Assembly: GCA_037128175.1 (NCBI GenBank)
Contig: JBAXWY010000003.1
Coordinates: 64,001-128,000, forward strand
Source of the DNA: Methanothrix sp.
Lineage (GTDB): Archaea; Halobacteriota; Methanosarcinia; Methanotrichales; Methanotrichaceae
DNA: 64,000 bases
Direction: 5' to 3'
Shown: positions 60,111 through 64,000 of the stretch, piece after piece
Position numbering within the stretch: the stretch's first letter is position 1
Layout: the number at the start of each line of letters is the position of its first letter
Notes under the pieces: model-generated
The model's input: the letters and a program-made list of their open reading frames with translations, nothing else
What the model was told of the DNA's origin: nothing
The model's database searches: none
Translations under genes and position numbers: made by a program

Positions 60111-62888
60111 CTCATTGCCTCCTAATCTATCCATTCTTATCGCTTGATCTATTAGGCCAATTGGAGCATTTTCATCATCTTCTGAGACTCCTTTTGCTTT
60201 TTTTATGAAAATGCCGTCCTTATTGCCTTTTTGATACTTACGTTGTATCTCTTTCAAAATGGCACTGCCTGGAAAGAGTTTGGTTCTTATTTTTTGCAGG
60301 TGCTTTGGCATTAGTCCATCGTCAAGCTCATACTCGTAACCTAAGCTTATGACCAGGGATGCCAAAGAAATTGCATTTTGAAGTTCCGACAAACGAATTC
60401 GATCTCCAAATATTCGTTTAACAGATGCATAAGGTGATTCTAATTTTACAAATTCCTTGAATTCATCTCCATTAGTCATACAGATTGGGTTTTCGCCAAC
60501 AATAATACGGCATCCAGTTGCAGCTGCAAGTATCATGCCAAGGTATGCACCCATAAACCAGTATTCCGTATCATTTTTTCGTGATTTGTTGAAAATTATG
60601 TCGAAAGTCGAAAATAAGCCCTTGAAACCCTTTCCGGAATATCTTAGCATTTTCTGGCCGTAATCTGATACAAGGTCCTTAGTTAGAATTTGGTATCTAG
60701 GAACTTCTGAGGAAATCATATTTTGCGCGATAGCTCTAATATTAGTTTGGGAATCTCCATCAAACATTCCAAGAACCTCTGAAAATATCTCACTGAGAAG
60801 CGGCGTATAGAAATGATCTGGTATAAGTTTATAATATATTTTTTTGTCGCCACCTTTCACCGCATGTCCCATGCGCCTGAGTCCAAGTTCGATTACTACT
60901 GGTTCTGAGACTTCAAGTTTTGGTTTTGTCTGTGGTGGGCCGATAGGTAGTCGATTCGAATAAGTGTAAATTAACATACTCAAAGGTTGAGACGGAATGC
61001 TCGGTGACTTTGAATCGTAAATGGTGTCGTTACTTAATTTGCATATGCCAGTACCTTTTAAATATGCATCAAATTTATTTTGTTTATTTTCAAATGCACC
61101 ATATGCCATAGATCCATTGAATTCGAGATTTTCTGAGATCCAAACGAGCATCTTCTCTTTATACGGGTATAAATACATTGATTCCAATTTATTCCAATCT
61201 TCGGCAGAAACTTTGCTCTTGTAAATATCTATTAACCCCTCAAGATATTTTATTTTATCTAAATTGGGAGTAATGTTCTTGAAAGCCACGCCGTTTACAT
61301 CACGATCAAGAAGGTCACGAGCGATTGCATACGAATAATTCCAGAAGCCCCCAACTTTGTGATGATCATCATCATCATTTTTCTCTGAGTATGTGGATAG
61401 TTGCTCAGTCAGTTCGCTATTTAATCCAAACAATTTGCAGGTCTCTGTTACTGCGTTTTCAGTTTCTAATGCATGCAGTTTAATCAAGGGTTCGATGAAC
61501 TGCATTCGTATGCCCGAAATGGCTCTCGAATATGGTATTATCTCTCCGCTCCAGCCAATATCAATGCCAAAGTCCTCATTTATATGGTGTCTGTATCCAA
61601 CCTGACTTGTCATCAAGCCCGTTCCATTAATTTCGATTTTTGAATAATTTACTTTCACGCCGTCAATTTCTATCTCTTGAGGCAAAAGTGTGTACTTTCC
61701 TTCTTTTCGTTCTGCACTTGAGCAATGAATTATCACATTCCCAACCTTAATCTCTTTATCATCGGCTTTTATGCTCTTGATCGCATCTGAAGGAATCTCG
61801 ATAAACTTGGCAGGCGGATATTGCATATCTGGCTCATTGACATCAATTGTAATTGTATTATTTTTAACATCAATTGAAACTTTGCGATTTTTGGTATCTT
61901 CTTCAATCACAGACGATGCCATGAATGCAGAGAGAATACCCCTTAAATCAGAATAGAAGAAATTGACATTATCAAATTTATACAATCCTTTGCTACCTTG
62001 TACAGTTTTATTTTTTTGAAGCTCTTTAGGATCCCGAATCGCAATATGGGCATCATTTAGTTTTTTCTTAAATTCATCATAAATATTTTCGATATCACGC
62101 GCTGACTCCAGTTTGCATACAGTTCCCTCTCGTCCAATATAGACTATCCCTCGTTCAAATATCAGAAGCGGAATTAAGCCTTGCTCTCTTGCCCAAGACG
62201 AGACACCTGTGTGAACAAGATTAGAAAGTATTCCTGTAGATTCATTAAATTTGTGATAATAAAAATCAAGGCCATCTGTTATTTGATCCAATTGCTTTTG
62301 CATGGATTCTGTGGCACACGGCGCTTCGATGCTCGCGAGGGTATCTGCGATATCAGTCCAAGGTTTTAATTTCATGAATCTAGACGATAGATTCGAATGA
62401 AATCCTATACTTCTATGTTGTGCTACAGATACTGATTGATAATCATTTGCGCTTAGCCCAGGCGCAAAATCAAATAGCCCAAATTTTGTCGCCCACATAG
62501 ATGCTTCTTCTTGCGAGATATCGAATTGCTCCTTCCAGTCCTTCTTCGTCAATTTATGAAGTTCGTGTGCAACAAAGAGTGCAACTGCTTCTTTCAGTTT
62601 CGATTTATCCAATGGATATAAGTCAAGTTTATCAAGCGCTTCATTGAGTTCTATGATCGCCCAAACACCGTTTCGAAGGTGACTAACCATAGGCTGGTCG
62701 ACTTTTCCCATCTCAACACTCTTTGCTGGCATGTAAGCAACCCCTGAATCCAGCAATTTTGGATCGACCTGCTCGTAGTATTCTACAAGAACATCGTATG
62801 AATTGGATATGTTAATCGTTGGTGACGATTCCCTATGCTTCCTAATCTCTTCTGCCGATATTGTTGGTTCTGGTCGTCTAATAGTCAT
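59667..62888 (-). CDS. cas10d: Type I-D large subunit Cas10d (Csc3)
   Basis: DQPMVSHLRNG and AHELHK HD-region motifs, YSNR; position upstream of csc2/csc1; start at ATG 62888 after GGTGAGG. Confidence 0.88.
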   Translation of the reverse strand: MTIRRPEPTISAEEIRKHRESSPTINISNSYDVLVEYYEQVDPKLLDSGVAYMPAKSVEMGKVDQPMVSHLRNGVWAIIELNEALDKLDLYPLDKSKLKEAVALFVAHELHKLTKKDWKEQFDISQEEASMWATKFGLFDFAPGLSANDYQSVSVAQHRSIGFHSNLSSRFMKLKPWTDIADTLASIEAPCATESMQKQLDQITDGLDFYYHKFNESTGILSNLVHTGVSSWAREQGLIPLLIFERGIVYIGREGTVCKLESARDIENIYDEFKKKLNDAHIAIRDPKELQKNKTVQGSKGLYKFDNVNFFYSDLRGILSAFMASSVIEEDTKNRKVSIDVKNNTITIDVNEPDMQYPPAKFIEIPSDAIKSIKADDKEIKVGNVIIHCSSAERKEGKYTLLPQEIEIDGVKVNYSKIEINGTGLMTSQVGYRHHINEDFGIDIGWSGEIIPYSRAISGIRMQFIEPLIKLHALETENAVTETCKLFGLNSELTEQLSTYSEKNDDDDHHKVGGFWNYSYAIARDLLDRDVNGVAFKNITPNLDKIKYLEGLIDIYKSKVSAEDWNKLESMYLYPYKEKMLVWISENLEFNGSMAYGAFENKQNKFDAYLKGTGICKLSNDTIYDSKSPSIPSQPLSMLIYTYSNRLPIGPPQTKPKLEVSEPVVIELGLRRMGHAVKGGDKKIYYKLIPDHFYTPLLSEIFSEVLGMFDGDSQTNIRAIAQNMISSEVPRYQILTKDLVSDYGQKMLRYSGKGFKGLFSTFDIIFNKSRKNDTEYWFMGAYLGMILAAATGCRIIVGENPICMTNGDEFKEFVKLESPYASVKRIFGDRIRLSELQNAISLASLVISLGYEYELDDGLMPKHLQKIRTKLFPGSAILKEIQRKYQKGNKDGIFIKKAKGVSEDDENAPIGLIDQAIRMDRLGGNEMTANSIHELADLGLKVAIPKGYEPHRIERLFRESVKAIKAKKHGDFKREDYVDAVAGSLLKMMRRAGDDQFYYKSGMYHPERTLRFAESFVDLAFYKIADGQPGKLKQKSNDLSDGFYAATLYQRDAAFKAAKAEVESLRGQEANHE

Positions 62889-63310
62889 TACCCCCTCACC
62901 GTCACCTTCGCCGCTCCTTCCCCGCATGCGTCTGGGTACCCGTGGGCGTTCCAGGCCCGCGCCCCCGCGCCCGTACCCGTCCTCGCGCCCGCGGGCGTGC
63001 CCCCGGCCACGTTCCTGCCAGAGCCCGCGAACCTCTGCTTTTGGTTAGGCCCAACTTTCTCCATCTTTCTCGCCATCAAAGCAGAGCCCGGTTGATCCTC
63101 TTCGCCAAAAAGCAGATCGAATTCAAGGAACCGATGTGTGGTGAGCGCAAACCTCTTAGCCATCGATACCACAGTAACATCCGAAGTCATATAAACCTGT
63201 CGATAGGTGCAATTGATTCACATTTCTGCAATTGTAACGTTCCGTATTCATGCCAGTGCAATCTTGACGAATCCCTTTCACCGAAAGTGGCTCTTCGCTA
63301 TTTTTGGGAT

Positions 63311-63438
63311 TCTCTGTGCGTCCTCTGTGAGCTCTGTGTCTCTGTGGTGGAATAGTCGTTCGCTGTTGGTTATAATCCAAATGTTTACTGACTACAAATT
63401 TCTCCGCAAGACACGAGAAGCGCACAAATGACTCGAAT
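63311..63438. repeat. CACAGAG-family palindrome, copy 4 (right arm decayed)
   Basis: TCTCTGTGCGTCCTCTGTGAGCTCTGTGTCTCTGTGGTGG...TGGTTATAA...ACACGAGAAGCGCAC...GACTCGA. Confidence 0.8.
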
Positions 63439-63443
63439 ATCCT

Positions 63444-63881
63444 TCACCTGTACTTTATTGCAAACTCAGACTCGGACATGCTCAGGAACTGTATTCCCTC
63501 TACCAGACTTATGAATGCAGGGACCAGTGTCCAGCAGAAAACCAGGTAGATCAACCCCATTCCGGTCCTGCCCAGGTAGAACTTATGCGCGCCGATGCCC
63601 CCCAGAAACAGTGCCAGTAAGGCTGCAGTAGTCTTGTTATGTCCGCTGACGACAGTTGTTGATGACCTGACCCCGCACTTGGGGCAGACCTCAGCCTTGG
63701 CACTGATCTTGGCACCGCATTCACTGCAAAATTTGCTCGATTGCGGCACACTTTCAGAGGCAACGGGCGCGGCTACTGGTATAGCTGCGGGTGCTTGCGA
63801 TGCAGCAGGTTCTGTTGTTTTAATTGACGTTTCATTAAATTCATTAGTATTTATATTATTAGCTTCTTGCAAATCAACCAC
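63444..63881 (-). CDS. Zinc-ribbon + TM2 domain membrane protein
   Basis: FCSECG...CPKCG, then AALLALFLGGIGAHKFYLG; likely GTG start at 63881 after a purine-rich stretch (track ORF starts 63953). Confidence 0.88.
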   Translation of the reverse strand: MVDLQEANNINTNEFNETSIKTTEPAASQAPAAIPVAAPVASESVPQSSKFCSECGAKISAKAEVCPKCGVRSSTTVVSGHNKTTAALLALFLGGIGAHKFYLGRTGMGLIYLVFCWTLVPAFISLVEGIQFLSMSESEFAIKYR

Positions 63882-64000
63882 CTCTCCGTCTATATGCAAA
63901 AAATGCCTATAGATCTTTAAAGGGTGGCCAGCCGTAAGACTGACAACTGGCATCTGCTATCAATGACAGCAGGGGCTTCGATGCCCAGGGCTAGTATCGA

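Noticed and set aside
63266-63296. AATCCCTTTC...AAGTGG weakly resembling the CRISPR repeat (possible CreA/CreR-type mini-array)
   Set aside because: Similarity is short and gapped, and no second repeat was found at spacer distance
63156-63431. Short ORFs containing PQRHRAHRG / SVSSVSLW
   Set aside because: Translations of the CACAGAG palindrome

Overview
Archaeal window. Gene content (rpS17e, PAC2, DUF61, DUF473, DUF11-type surface proteins, tetrapyrrole genes) suggests a Methanosarcinales methanogen, probably Methanothrix-like; this is inference. Left to right: (1) hemL-hemC-cobA/hemD operon and larC; (2) a K+ uptake cluster (kdpABC, kinase-less kdpD, trkH-trkA-trkH); (3) a ~12 kb minus-strand defence island, 16.5-28.3 kb: type I R-M hsdR-hsdM-[GHKL ATPase/PD-(D/E)xK nuclease]-hsdS, then an ABC-ATPase+PIN pair, a SAMHD1-like HD protein+YwgA-like pair, and toxin-antitoxin debris; (4) housekeeping genes (HD protein, DUF61, thiD, rps17e, dapA, dapB); (5) three large secreted Ig-repeat proteins; (6) an ADP-forming acyl-CoA ligase and a small AT-rich islet; (7) a type I-D CRISPR-Cas locus (33 repeats, cas2-cas1-cas4-cas3'-cas5-cas7-cas10d, hidden cas11d, no cas6, HD motif reading HE). 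A family of ~130-150 bp imperfect palindromes built from CACAGAG units occurs four times; two copies bracket the CRISPR-Cas locus. Best candidates for undescribed systems: the two-gene cassettes stacked behind hsdS (a degenerate duplicate of the hsdS 3' end marks the junction), the palindrome family, and a possible donor-strand assembly of the surface proteins. All family assignments come from motifs read by eye; no database searches were run.
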